A DNA stretch of 64,000 nt, from positions 6,560,275 through 6,624,274 of the forward strand of contig NC_134032.1 in assembly GCF_964204645.1 (NCBI RefSeq), given 5' to 3'. Position 1 is the first letter of the stretch. The number at the start of each line of letters is the position of its first letter. The notes beneath the pieces are model-generated. The model was not told where the DNA came from. It ran no database searches and was given only the letters and a program-made list of their open reading frames with translations. Origin of the DNA: Tubulanus polymorphus. Lineage: Eukaryota > Animalia > Nemertea. Positions 1 through 12,904 of the stretch are shown in pieces. A program made the position numbers and the translations under genes.

Positions 1-1088
1 TTACTTTGTTCCATGTATTTCACTATTTTACGCAATGATCTCAAGTATTCTTGATCCTTTTTGACCTATAGAGATGCACCGTGTTCAATTTAATATTTGA
101 GAACTAATCTATGCAGAATGATTTCCTTAGATAGAGAATTGATTATTAAAATAAATCAAATATCAAATTTTCAATAAATTATTTTTTCTTTGTAAGTGAT
201 TGATTGGCGCCACTGTTTTTGTTTTGGGTTCTTCAAAATAAGCCCCTGGATCCACCTCTGAAATGTTTGTTGGAATTACCCCCTCCCCTTTACCCCTCCC
301 CCAAGTGGTAGCCCAAGAGCGGTAGGAGCTTGCCGACCGGGGCTGTGTGGAGGATGCTAACAGATTATTGGACAAGCAATAAAGTGGCAAAACAAAGGAA
401 AACAAAACATTGACAAATTGCAATCAATTGACGCTTTGCTCAACGGAAACACGTTCTCTCGGTTGACAGGGACTCGAACCCGATCGCCCTGCTTGGATAC
501 GTCATTGATAACGTATTCGTATGGTGATGTCAAGTCCGCCATGACACCTCAGACCCATGTCTAGGAAATAGATCTAACCTAAGCGTGTTCAACTTTGATG
601 ATATACACAGTAACGGGTTTTCCCCATGACTCACTAGCCCATGGCAGAACTATTAATACTATGTTCTGCAGTTCTTGATGATGACACAACAGTTATCTGT
701 AGTAATGCGCGGTCAACACAAAACTACGCTATTATTGTTCCCGATGATAAAAATATCTGATACCAAAGGAAATACGTAAAAGTAACCCGACAAATCTGAT
801 TTTCTTCCATACGGCAAAAAATAGATGACAATTGGAACTTCATACGTATTTGATTTTGCGCATTGAACCGGTACATTTAAACATACATACCCTCTAAGCG
901 GTGTGATCAGTACGCAAACTGAGGAGCATTTATTGATTACTGGAAAAGCGATAAAGAGATTCAACTTGTGGAACTGAACAGTTGATGGTGCGAATAATAC
1001 TAGTCGCTCCCAACACTAAGGCACTTGCGATCTGGTAAGGCTCTTTTCGAGCCTAAATAATACTCTGATCTTTTAAACGTGAACTTAC

Positions 1089-1213
1089 AGAATTAGATTC
1101 CTTTGGAAATTTCTTCGGCTTTTTCTGCGTCGGTCCTGTCTGTTCAGTATAGGAATGTTGTTCACCGGTAGATGACCACTGGAGTGGTGATGTCATCAAT
1201 TCATGGGTACCAC
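1089..1213 (-). CDS. Next coding exon of the same unknown gene (GGTHELMTSPLQWSSTGEQHSYTEQTGPTQKKPKKFPKESNS)
   Basis: Long pyrimidine tract ending ccag|; phase 1 entry matches the preceding exon; TCT|GTAAGT donor. Confidence 0.65.
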
Positions 1214-2274
1214 CTGGATTTGGGAAATAAGGAAATGATAAAAAAATCCATGTCAACTTCTTTTAAAATTTCCAGACTGTATACCCCAGAAAGCTGACTT
1301 ATGAGTCAGTTCACAGGAATAGAAAATAAATAGAGAGTACACATGTTAGTTGGCTTTTGACTCGCTAAGTACCGTTTTGGGTCAGATGTCATCAATGGAT
1401 CTACATGTAGTTAGTTACCTAATAGTTGGTGGTAAGCTTTTATAATCGGATATGCCTAATACCAATGTAGTTTGTGAAAATATCCGATTTGAAACTTAAC
1501 CACAGACAGGTTACTGAGTACACTGCTTGCACCCACAAAGCGTGTCCTATTCCTATTCCGGGGTTCACTATGGCGCTTCTTCTTCCGTATACTGTCAGCA
1601 TCAACTTATTGATGAATATAACAGTTTTCAGGTGTGCGCGAAAAAGAATAAGTATGAGTATCCGGAAAGAAAAAATTAATCTTAATTTAAAATTTATTTT
1701 TCTTAAAGTTTTTTCCCAGTAGCACTCAGAAATTTCACAATGTAGCGCCAATTACTCCTCTGAAAATTCAAGGCAAAATCCAAGTTTAATATGATACTGA
1801 ATAGCCAGTTTGCTGATTCGTTTCATGCATTACAAATTTGTGTTGTTTTATAGTAAATAGTCAAGGCTTTCATACTATATACGATTTGATTAGGTGGGCC
1901 ACCATAATCGTGCCCTTTTGGCCCCCCCCCCTAATCCACCCACACTTACTTGCACTTGAAGAGAGCGCACATATCTGTCATGTTCGTACTTCAAATACTC
2001 GAGAATTTGGGATAGTAAGATATTGATTTCTGTTCGGTATTTCGAGGACTTAGGTGTTTAGTTTGTCATATACATTTGGGTTAGAATCCCACTACAGCCG
2101 TTTTTGTGCAGCATACGAAAAAGATTTATCATTAACATTTGGGTTCGAATCCCACTATAACCGTTTTTTGCAGCATACAAAAAAGTGTCAGGGCGGATTC
2201 GGGTTCTCGAGGAGTAATAGGCAGGGCGGATATGAGCCGCTTGAGTGCTAATGGGTTTATAAAAATAGCCATAA

Positions 2275-3960
2275 ATTAACTATTGGCTAGGGAGCTTGCA
2301 AGGCAGCCCACTGACACCAGATCTGCGGGGAGTGTACTCAGATGGTGCGAGGGAAGAAATACTGCGTCCTGGTTTCTATTCGCTGGTACTTGATTTGAAA
2401 CATTCTTGTATGACCTCTGGTTTGGCGTACTGGAGCAGTGCGACGTTCACTTTTATCAACTGAGATTGTTGGCGTACTTGTACATGAGGGTTAGTCTAGC
2501 CTCTTTCCTCCTCAGCTGTAGGGGTTTATTTCAGACAGCAAGTCTGTTACGCTTGACCGGTTGTGGTTTTTCTACGGGGGTCCCAGACAACCGTGCTGGC
2601 GAATTCAACGAGCAGTCTTACTAGCGCCTTGTCGGCGGCCTCCTTGACGTGCTTTGAACTGATATTTACGTTCCGTTTGAGGTATCCTATTTTTTGATTG
2701 GCTTTGCTGCATAGAGACCAAACCAGCGGTGACCAGTCTAAATTATTGGAGATCATTACACCCAGGTACATAGCTGACTGCATGTGATTAAGGATGTGGT
2801 TCCAAAGCGTGTAAGGGTATGTTGTGGCTCATCCTTTTTTATGCCGAGGACGTGGCATTTTTCAGGGTTAAATGCCATGAGCCACTGGTCTTAACATTCC
2901 GCTAGTTGGTTTAGATCAGCTTGTTGGAGTGAGTCTGTCTCATGCTGTGATGAGACGACAGGGTTGAATGACTCTCTGGAGACTACTACTGTCTGCGTAC
3001 GGTTGGTGAGGAAGGCTTGGATCCAAGCATTTGTTTTCCCTGTGATATCATATCTTCTCAGTTCTTCAACTAGTTACTGGTGACTCACTTTAGCAAATGC
3101 CTTACTGAATCCAATATGATGCAGTCTGTCTGTTTACCGGCCTCCATGTTGAGGGTTGCATCATCAATGAGCTCTGCCAATTGGGTCTCACATGACAGTC
3201 CACTGTGTAATCCGTGCTGCATCTAGTAGAGTATGTTGTGAGTCTCCATGTTTCATGATACTGCTCGTTATGATGTGTTCTAGAATTTCACAACATATAG
3301 ATGTCAATGAGATAGGGCGGTAATTCTCGGCTGCGTACTTCTTCCTTTTGTTGAAGATAGGGGCAACGTTAGCTCGGCACAATTTCCTGAATACAAGGGT
3401 CAGTATTGGAGCGATGTCCTCTGCGAGTTCTTTTAGTATTAGTGGTTTTATGTTCTGCAGCTTTCCTGCATAAAAAGGGATCGAGGTTCTTCAGTAGTTT
3501 AGTAACTCCTGGTTACTAAACTACTTATCATTTCACGGTGTTGATCTGTCCTGCCACATCTCTGTTGCTGCTCCTCATCGGAGAGATTGGTCTTATTAGA
3601 AAACTCAGACTTGAATTGTCGATTAAGATTGTTAGCATTGTCCTGAATTGAGCCCTGAAGTTTTTCTCGATCTCTTAGCGGTGAGATGTCAGTGCTGTTA
3701 GATTTTTTTTGTGTTTGATGTAGGTCAAAAATTTCTTTTGTGATCATGCTGGTTTTTGACAGCTATGAGGACTCCTCCTCCATGGTTTGTCCTGTCCTTC
3801 CTATGCAGCTTGTAATCATTTGACAGCTTTTGTTGTCTGTTATTGATAGATCCACCCTGGTTTTGGTAGCAAATATGACATCCGGTTTGGTCTGTTCCAG
3901 CAGGTTTTTGAGCTGGCCCGGTTTGTTCTTAAATAATTGAAAATTGACTCTAGTGATCCA
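2275..3960 (-). mobile_element. Decayed CR1/L2-group LINE (endonuclease start plus RT remnants)
   Basis: ANVAPIFNKRKKYAAENYRPISLTSICCEILEHI; YLGVMISNNLDW...KALVR..VEFASTVVWDP; APE-like NFQ...PDVIFAT near 3950; many stops and frameshifts. Confidence 0.9.
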
Positions 3961-4599
3961 AATTCGAAAACATTCGTTTTGCGGTAAAATGCGACAATAT
4001 AGAAAAGATAAAGGATTCCGAAATGGTTCCTTGAGCTAGAGAGTCAAAGTCCATTATAATGCCCTCCTTTTTAATGCCTATGCCACTTAACGCCTATAAT
4101 CTTTAGAGAACAAATCAAACTCAAATCCAATGGAAATTGCATAACGTCATATTTTTCATTGGAATTAAGTGGCATGATAAAGGACTTTTACTGTAGCTTG
4201 TTTTCACCATGTTTTGACTACCAGTACATCCAAATAATCATCTTCAGGGATACTGATATTGTTCTCAATATAACTATTGCTGAGTCGGCGTTATTAAGAT
4301 AATATAAAATCCCACAGTGATAACGAAAAGAGTCTGAAATGTTTCCCTGAGCTAGTTCAAAGCTAGAAATTCAAAAACAGAAATCGTGACCTTTCCAACT
4401 GATTTTTCTTCTCCGTGTGGTGAGATTTTACTGTACTATCGTTTCAACACCGACTCAGAGTGTTTAATCAAGATTGACATTCTGTTTTTCGGTACCTATT
4501 CGCTAGAAAAGTTCCTTTTTCTATCGTTGCTACAATCACAAGTCACCCCTGGATGGATTTGCGTTAATGTGTATAATTGTTAACACGTTGTTGGCCTAC

Positions 4600-5067
4600 C
4601 TGTCTGAGTTTGCTGATATTGTAGATTACCCGACTGGTCACCAGATATTGTTGACGTGCACATATCTTGGTCAGTTGGTACAAATTGTTGGTTCTCAAAT
4701 CCCTCCATTTCAATGCTGTTAGTGTGCTCATATTGCATATTTCCCGATGTCATCGCCTGGTTTTCCAGGTTTCCTGCTGCTGGCGTCATATTTTCATAAT
4801 AAGACTCTGCCATATTGGAAAAGGTGTCACACTCAGCGCTGTACATGGGCTGTGTTGCATCATTTTGAGACTTCCGTTTGCGTCGTTTCTTTGTTATGCC
4901 CCCTACCTTACCGCATATGCGTCTTTGCGCGCCACAAGGTGTCGCCATTGGTCTTTCAGCTGCCATAGTAAAATTTTCGCCATAATACGTGCCATAATTT
5001 GATGTGCCATCATCGCCATATTCCTGTTTGACATAAAAATTCGATGCTGACATGTCATTCGTATAAC
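4600..5067 (-). CDS. Internal coding exon (156 codons, phase 1-1) of an unknown gene, with basic NLS-like KKRRKRK
   Basis: ttttctctag| acceptor, ACAG|GTAGGC donor, 468 nt fully open; corresponds to ORF 4580-5053. Confidence 0.7.
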
Positions 5068-5184
5068 CTAGAGAAAATGGAAAGAATGTTAGCGTTGCAT
5101 GGAGTGCAGACCTTGAGTAGAAATAAGAAGTTTGTTGTTGCTTCTCCGAAAGGTCGGAATGGGGAACGCCCCCAGAAAAATTGA

Positions 5185-6121
5185 TGCCTCAAGATATGGT
5201 ATTTACTGCACACTGCTAGAAATCTAACAATTTCAATATTCACTCCACCTGGTGAACTTATATTGAAAGCAATGACCTGTAAACTCGCCACAATCATAGA
5301 ACATGTCATGAGCTACACTATTGCAAGTGATTGTGGTAACAAAACATGCCTAAAGTACCGATATATATATGAGATACTAAGTTATTGCTAATGCCCTTGG
5401 TGACCATATAAAATAACCAATGACACTGAAACTCACCACAATTATAGAACATGACATGCGCTACAATTTTGCAATTCATTGCAATTACAAAATATGCATA
5501 GGTACCAGTATAAATAGACAAATTGTATATGATTCAATCTTATAACTCCCCCGGTGGCAAGAACATGTGAATGTATCTAAGCCCGCCTGGTCAGGTGCTA
5601 AGTGAAGTCCCAGTTGGCCATCTTGGATAACAAAATGACCTAGTTTGGTCATGTGATACTAGGTCATGCCACCTGACATATGAAATATGGTAGCTCTAGG
5701 CCTATTTGGAAAAATTTTTGAGTTGATGGCCAAAGATCACAGATGGCTGCCATCAGCCATATTGGTTTGACACCATGACCTAGTTTGGTCGCATGATAGG
5801 CCTAGACCATTCGATTTCACATTCTCATATGAAAAATAATGGCCCTATATGGAGTATCATATCAGTTGATAGCCCAATAATGTAAATTTTCAGAGGAAAA
5901 CAAGATGACTGCCAATTGGCCATCTTAGATTGGATTCCCACAAATATGAACCTATCCGAGATTTGTTGGTCATACACGACATATCCAAATGTAAGAAGAT
6001 TGGTATTGTGGTGTGTAGGGTGTTCACAAGAAACCTGACGCACAAATGGATGCACGCACAAGATACTACCACTAAGACACAGGGGTACAGCATAGGCCAT
6101 AATGGCCCAAGTGAGCTAAAA
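5185..6121 (-). mobile_element. HINE fragments: family H tandem units plus a second HINE-like family
   Basis: Family H units at 5185-5575; second family with ~140-bp repeat and terminal hairpin ...CCCAAGTGAGCTAAAA. Confidence 0.6.
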
Positions 6122-6528
6122 TTGAGTGGTCAAAATTCCATGTCAGGAGACAGTGCTCATAATAATCAAATATCAAGACTGTAAGTTAAAACCTATTGAT
6201 GTGTTCCTCAATGGAGTCCAGGGACACTATACCCACTTCTTGGGAAGTGGTTTGCACTGCTCAATAATTTCAATATTTAATGCCCCTTTGTAAATATGCT
6301 AAAAGCAATGACAATGAAACTAACCACAATCACAGAACATGTTATGAGCTAAAAGGTTCCAATGTAATATGGAAATAAATGTTATTTTGCTATTCAACGA
6401 CCCTGGTGACCATATACAAAAACCAATGACCTTGATACTTGACGTAATCATAGAACATGGTATGCGCTTCAACTTTTCAATTGATTCTGGTTACTGATGA
6501 CACTAAGATGGCTGCAAATTGCGTGATA

Positions 6529-6879
6529 CAGTAGAATCCACCCTACTTGGTACTGGTTGGTTCAGTAAAAACTGGCTACATCAGTGAAGTTCCATAACAA
6601 TTTTCTGATCCCTTTGCATTCCTATACAAAATTCATCCCCTACTAGGTTCCGCTCTTCTCGGTAAACCACCTAGCTCTGTAGATTTTATGCTCAAATCCG
6701 TCCTCTGTGCCAGCTAACTCAGGAAATTTGAAGCCGACCTATGTGAATAGAAATGAATGTTTGATGAACTTGATTGATGACATAAAAATCCTGAAATTCC
6801 TCGATCTCTAAGTCGGTATTTGGGTAACTTGGTGAAGAAATTTCGGTTCAAAATGAGCTGAGTTAGGCAGAGTCTACTG
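6529..6879. mobile_element. Tc1/mariner (pogo/Tigger-type) MITE
   Basis: TA|CAGTAGA...TCTACTG|TA; empty site gcgtgaTAattgactg is present in the paralogous repeat copy near 62556. Confidence 0.85.
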
Positions 6880-6920
6880 TAATTGACTGATCGCATTACT
6901 GTCTGATATGCTTAAGAAAA

Positions 6921-9900
6921 TCAAACATTTCATCACCGATAAGGGATGAGACACCTATACACCAGCGTTATCGGAGAGTTCCTCGAGGAATGCTGCAGGA
7001 AGTCCGGGATCACCTTAAGATGATGTCGGAGGCCGGAGTGATTCGTCACTCGTTTTCTCCGTGGCAGTCACCAGTGGTGCTAGTTCGCAAAAAAGAAACG
7101 GCGAGCTCCGGTTTCGTATTGATTTTCGTCGGGTGAATGAGCGTACAATTCCTGACAGGTATTGCCTTCCCCCGGTAAACGAGTTGCTTGATGCGTTGTC
7201 CGGTTCCGCGTACTTTTCCTGTTTAGACCTTAAAAGTGGACACTGGCAAGTAGACACGAATGAAGAAGATAAGAAAAAGACAGCGTTTTGTGCGGGATCC
7301 GGATCAGGGTTTTATGAGCAACACAATGCCCTTTGGACTGTCTAATTCTGCATCTACGTTTCAAAGGTTAATGGAGAGGACACTAGAGGATTTGAGTTTC
7401 AACGAGTGCGTGGTATATATTAATGATATCGTGGTCTATGCGAGGACAGTAGACAAACACCTAGAAAGGTTAGAGCATGTCTTGATGAAGTTGGAGAAGG
7501 CGGGTTTGAAACTTAATCCAAAAAAATGTGATTTTCTGAAGAGTGAGGTAGTGTATTTGGACATAAGGTCTCCAAGGCATACAGGCTGACACCAAGAAAG
7601 TAGCGGCAGTTGCAGAGTGGCCAGTTCCTACTACGCTGGCAGAGGTCAGAAGATTTCTCGGGTTTACCGGCTATTACCGGAAGTTTGTACCACACTATGC
7701 GCAGTTGGCGCGTCCGTTAACCAAGTTATTGGCTGGTATTGGTTAGGAACTAGCTCCTTGTTCGAAGAAACTGGCAGAAAGGATAGTCTGGGGGCAAGCA
7801 CAGCAGGAATCTTTCGACGTTCTACAGGGGAAGTCGATGTCGTCGCCTATTTTGGGTTTTGCCGACTATAGCCTGCCCCTTGAGCTTCACTGTGATGCTT
7901 CGATTCAGGGCCTCGGTGCGGTTTTGTATCAACTTCAAGATGGGAAGCGGAAAGTAATTGCCTATGCCAGCAGAACGTTAAGGCCTTCAGAACGGAATTA
8001 CCCCCACGCATACGATGGAGTTCCTTGCGTTAAAATGGTCAGTGATGGAGCATTTTCGTGATTACTTGTATGGCAACACCTGCAAAGTTGTCACCGATGA
8101 CAACCCCCTAACCTACATTTTGACCTCAGCGAAGCTAGACGCCACGGGACACAGGTGGCTACAGGCACTCTCAGTTTACAACTTGGAGTTGGAGTACTGC
8201 CAGGGATCAAAGCTAAAGGATGCTGACGCTCTAAGTCGTTTAGTTCCGGTTGATGTAGCTAAAGCTGTGTGTCATTCAGCCTATGTACCGCGGGTTTCAG
8301 TAGAGGTTTTGGAGGAAGAGAAAGGCATCTCGGTAGTACCCACCAAAGATCTTGCCAAGTTGCAGGAGGCTGATGGAGTCCTTCATAAGATCCGTGCGTC
8401 CCTTAGAGACAGTCAAACCTTCAAGCCGGTCAATTCAACCGAGAGGAAATACCTTCGCTACATGAGCAGTTTGAGTTTGAGGGATGACGACAGACTTGGG
8501 AGATATTTCTGAGATCCTGCCCGTGTTGCATTCCTCACAAGTCTTCAGTCCCTGCGCAACAAGCTCCTCTAGAGCCGATTGTCTCCGGTGAGCCACTGGA
8601 TATATTGTGCATGGATTATCTCACCATACAGCCGTCCGGTGGATACGAAAATCTTCTGGTAATGACAGATCACTTTACCAAGTTTGCTGTGGTGGTGCCC
8701 ACTCGGAATCAAACAGCGTCGACTACAGCCAGGGTTATGTACGACGAATTCATCACCCGTTACGGAGTTCCACGCATGATTCACTCCGACCAGGGTCGAA
8801 ACTTCGAGAAACGGTTGGTGTCAGAGTTGTGCCAGTTGATGGGTATAGCCAAAAGCAGAACAACACCCTACCATCCGATGGGTAATGGCTGTGCTGAACG
8901 TTTCAACCGTACACTGATCGAGTTGTTGGGTTTGTTGGAGCCATCCAGAAAGTTACGTTGGAGCAAGAACTTAAGATCGGTGGTTTATGTCTATAATACT
9001 ACACCTCATGAGACGACAAAAGTGTCGCCATATCACTTGATGCTCGGACGTCACTCGCTTATTACTGTTGATCAGATGTATGGGTTGGATAGATTTCGCC
9101 CTAAGACGAAGTTTGGAACTGATCTATGAGCTGAGATAAGTATGGCCTGGGATGTTGTTCGGCAAAGGATGGCTAGTGCAGGTGATCGAGCGAAGAAGCT
9201 GTATGACAGGAAACAGCGAGGTGAAGTCGTCGGGATCGGTGACCTAGTCATACTTCGTCTCACTGGTTTGAAAGGCAGGCAGAAGTTGACTGATCGTTGG
9301 GAGTCTGAGCCCTATATAGTCATTGCTAGACCGAATGAAGAAATTACGGTGTATGTAGTGGAACATGAAGTCACTGGGAAGTGGAGAACCCTGCATAGAA
9401 ATCTGCTTCTTCCTCTTGCGGTACCGTTGCGCCCTATACAAAAGCCTGAGAAGAAGGAAGTTAAGGCAGGGAGAGCTATAGTGGCCAAAGGAAAAGTGAT
9501 CGATGGTTCTGCGATAGACCAAATAGAGGAAGATGATGAAGAGGATAATTGGGTGATGCTCGATTTATCTGGTGGTTCAGGTCCGGAGATGTTACCGGAT
9601 GTTGGGTCGGTGGATATGCCTGTCTCCATTGATTTAGAGCTGGAAGATGATGTGTCCGTGGTCTCAGTAGATGTCGCTTCATCGGAGGTACAGGAGCTCA
9701 GTCCTCGGCCTGTTTTTGGAGCCACTCAAGAGCCGGAGGTGGCTAGTCTGAGTTCAGCTGACATTGTTGGAATGGCGGATCACGTGCCTGATCATGTCAC
9801 TGAGGATAAGTCGACGGTTGTCGATGGTGATGGCTTAGAAGAACTGGTTGCGGATACGGAACTTGCCAGTGGAGTAAATGATGATTATGATGAATCTGTG

Positions 9901-10960
9901 GTAGCACCTCGTAGAAGTCAGCGTGAACGTCGGCCGCCGGATTGGCTGGCATCTGGTGACTATGTAGTGACTGTGGTTAATGAGGGGATTCCTGACTGGG
10001 AAAGACGGGTCCATGCGTTAATGACGTTAGCTAGGGACCCAGCGGTTTGGGATAATCCCCGGTTAATGGGAGGTATTATCGAAATCATGAAGAGAAAGTA
10101 AGTTTTTTTTAATGTTAGTTTTATTCAGCATATGCGTTGATTTTGTTGCGCTAAATTTTCATGCCTTGGTGTGTAGGTAACCTGAGATTTAAGGTTGACT
10201 GTGTTATGAGCAAGCGTTGGTTAAATGTATTTTCTTTGGCGTTTCTGCTAGGGATCCTGGTACGCGTTCCTGTAGAGATAATGTGTGTAGTAGAATTGCT
10301 CTGAATTATGTAAATATTGGGTCGATATTGCAAAACTAGGGGAAGCATGTAACAGGTTGAAATTCTTCTTAGTTTCCTTCAGTATGTGCTGCCATCTTCA
10401 GTCCTTTGTGGGAACCTTTTTCTTTGATTGACCTGCTCTGGTCATTCAGTTATATGTTGTTGACCATTCAACATGTGTGTGTAATAAAGTTGGTTATACT
10501 TTAGTACTGTAGTTTCATCCTTTTATTAAGGATGGTAAGTCATTACTTCTAGTTTCTCCTCTAGTTTTGAGATATCTGACTAAAGCTGTGTTTAGTTTCA
10601 ATAAATATTATTATTACACATTATAGCAGATACATTTTAGAATTTCTAGGGCTTATTAGCTGACTTGTTCTTATGTGCTTAATGGCGCAATAGTTTTAGT
10701 CATGATCAATTATCATGGTTACGTGTAATATCGAAATTATGTATTTTTTATAATATTCATAATATGGATTCAGTTATATGTTGTTGACCATTCAACATGT
10801 GTGTGTAATAGAGTTGGTTATACTTTAGTACTGTAGTTTCATCCTTTTATTAGGTTGAATGAGTTGACGTGTGGTCTGACCAGCGAGTCTGCCGAGACGA
10901 AGCCAGAGAGTAGGAGATGTCCCGACTCATCGAGGAGATATTTATTGTATCCGTCCTGTT
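6921..10960 (+). mobile_element. 5'-truncated, decayed Ty3/Gypsy LTR retrotransposon (RT, RNase H, integrase, C-terminal ORF, PPT, 3' LTR)
   Basis: RT LDLKSGHWQV, MPFGLSNS, YINDIVV; RNase H LHCDAS...VIAYASR; integrase IHSDQGRNFE...TTPYHPMGNGCAERFN; purine tract then TGTAAC LTR start at 10348; frameshifted. Confidence 0.95.
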
Positions 10961-12539
10961 TCAAATAGAAAATAGCAAACTATCAAGAAGCTACAGGTCT
11001 CGGAATTCAGGCACAAATTTATCTTTATGTGGAAAACGAAGGTTACAGGACAGCCATCATGAGTCTGATCGGCCCAATTTTTCTTATGCTGATCGGCCCT
11101 TGGGGGATACAAATATATGTGAAAGATCAAGATAATTGATCAAAGCCTCTTCAAAATCTCCCTTCAAAACTTCAACAATGTTTAAAAAGTGCAGCTAACA
11201 ACAATGGCCACCAGTCGGCCATCTTAATGCTGACCAGGCCAGTTTTTGGGGTGCAGATATATCATATAGATACATGCTGCTTTGCATAAGCCAAATATTA
11301 CAACAAGCTCATTAAACCCAGGTTTCAATCTACGCGTGTTCAATGAAAACATGCGTTTGCAGCCAGTAGCGTCTACACATAACGTAGTTTTGGTAGCAAG
11401 AATCCACATCTGTAGTGCAAGTTAAAGGTCAATTGTGGCGCCCAGGCGCTGCATTGCACCGATTTACCGTGTACGCTAGAGAGAATGAGTTTTACGCTTC
11501 TTTTTTTTAAGAAGGGTATTTTAAAACCCGGGTATTGCGGATAACTCTGCAATGAACCCACGTTTTTAGTATAATCTAGACCCGTAAGCTGGTACAAAAT
11601 GCAAGTGTAGACGTAGCTTTAGATACTTCCCAAAATATCTGGATTGAATGGACGATGGATGAAAAGTGAACACAATAACCCGTTGGGACTAGCCAAGTTG
11701 GCTAAAAGGAATCAAAATATTTTGACAAATGATTCTTTAAAATTTTTCGCTCATTTTTTGATTGCTCACAGATTTTTTATATTAACTTTTCACAATTTCT
11801 TTTCATATGTTTTACGATCTTTTGCATTTGCTAATTTGACCCCAGTGTAACTTTTGTAGTTTTAGTTAAGGTGCATCTCAGAATTTCCACACGTTCCTAT
11901 TTGAATAACTCGCTGATGTGGGTGGGTGGGTAATGCCCCAAATAGAAATCACGATTGAAAGTGTCTATATGTGGGATTCCAACTGTAGTGTTTGTAGTTA
12001 TTATTCGGTTGTTGGTTGAATAAACTGTTAGGCCTATAGTTGTTTCTAAACCTGTCTTGTCTATGGATTTGGCCCACTCAGGACACAACACCAACAGCAG
12101 GCTGGTCACGGCAGTTGTTAATAGGTTCACTACCACTGGTAATGCTTGTGGGATTGTTTACACTGCATGTTTATACCAAAATGCCATTCCAAATACCCGT
12201 AGACTAATTTGGGGGCATTATCAGCAAAAGAAGGAATTGCATATTCAGAAATCCCCAAAACAAATTTGAAAACTTGTTTTGTTCTAAAGATTTTGGGTCA
12301 TTAATGCAATAATAAAAGTTGTAACAAATATACTTACAACTAGTGCATTTTCATCTGCCCTTTCCTCGAGTGTATCTTGTAAAAAAATCAACACTTCCAG
12401 CTCACTGGTCCAGCAAATGGAGGGGGTGGGTGGTTCAGGACTTGTAGAGGGTTACTCAAGGGAACAGGTGTCAAAATTTTGAGATGCTCCCTTAAGTTTG
12501 AATGAAATGCTCACATTCGGTGTTATGAGCACTACTGAC

Positions 12540-12617
12540 CGTTAGCACCGCGAACTGCGTAGCGTATATTCTGCCAATGTTTCCATGTGGAATCGTCAAC
12601 TTTGATGATCAGATCAT
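12540..12617 (-). CDS. Candidate small internal exon (DDLIIKVDDSTWKHWQNIRYAVRGAN), phase 1-1
   Basis: ttttag| acceptor (weak pyrimidine tract), AACG|GTCAGT donor, 78 nt open, phase-compatible with neighbouring exons. Confidence 0.4.
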
Positions 12618-12761
12618 CTAAAATCTCCAAATTTTCCTCCAAACATGTCAGCAAATCATGATTTGGAAAATCTGAGATGGACAAAACAAACATTTAGGCC
12701 TATAAATGAAGAAATCCCACACTACGAATTAAATTATAAGAAAGAATTCACTATTTTGAAA

Positions 12762-12805
12762 CCACAACATTTCGGCTGTTGACTAAAAGCCATCATCACA
12801 GGTGG
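12762..12805 (-). ncRNA. Degenerate Penelope-type hammerhead motif
   Basis: CCAC-CTG(TG)ATGA-T-GGCT-loop-AGCC-GAAA-TG-TT-GTGG; 2-nt insertion in the core. Confidence 0.45.
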
Positions 12806-12904
12806 AATGACCAGAAAAACAAATGAAAAAGTATATAAACTCGCAGGATGTTATATTCTTTAAGTTTATATACTACTTTCACTTGTCATTGTGGTTTCAA
12901 AATG

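Larger units (their letters stand above)
6215..11706 (-). mobile_element. HINE family H copy split by a Tc1 MITE, the Gypsy element and a further MITE-like insert
   Basis: Pieces 6215-6528, 6880-6900, 10960-11290 and 11620-11706 are collinear with the family consensus. Confidence 0.75.
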
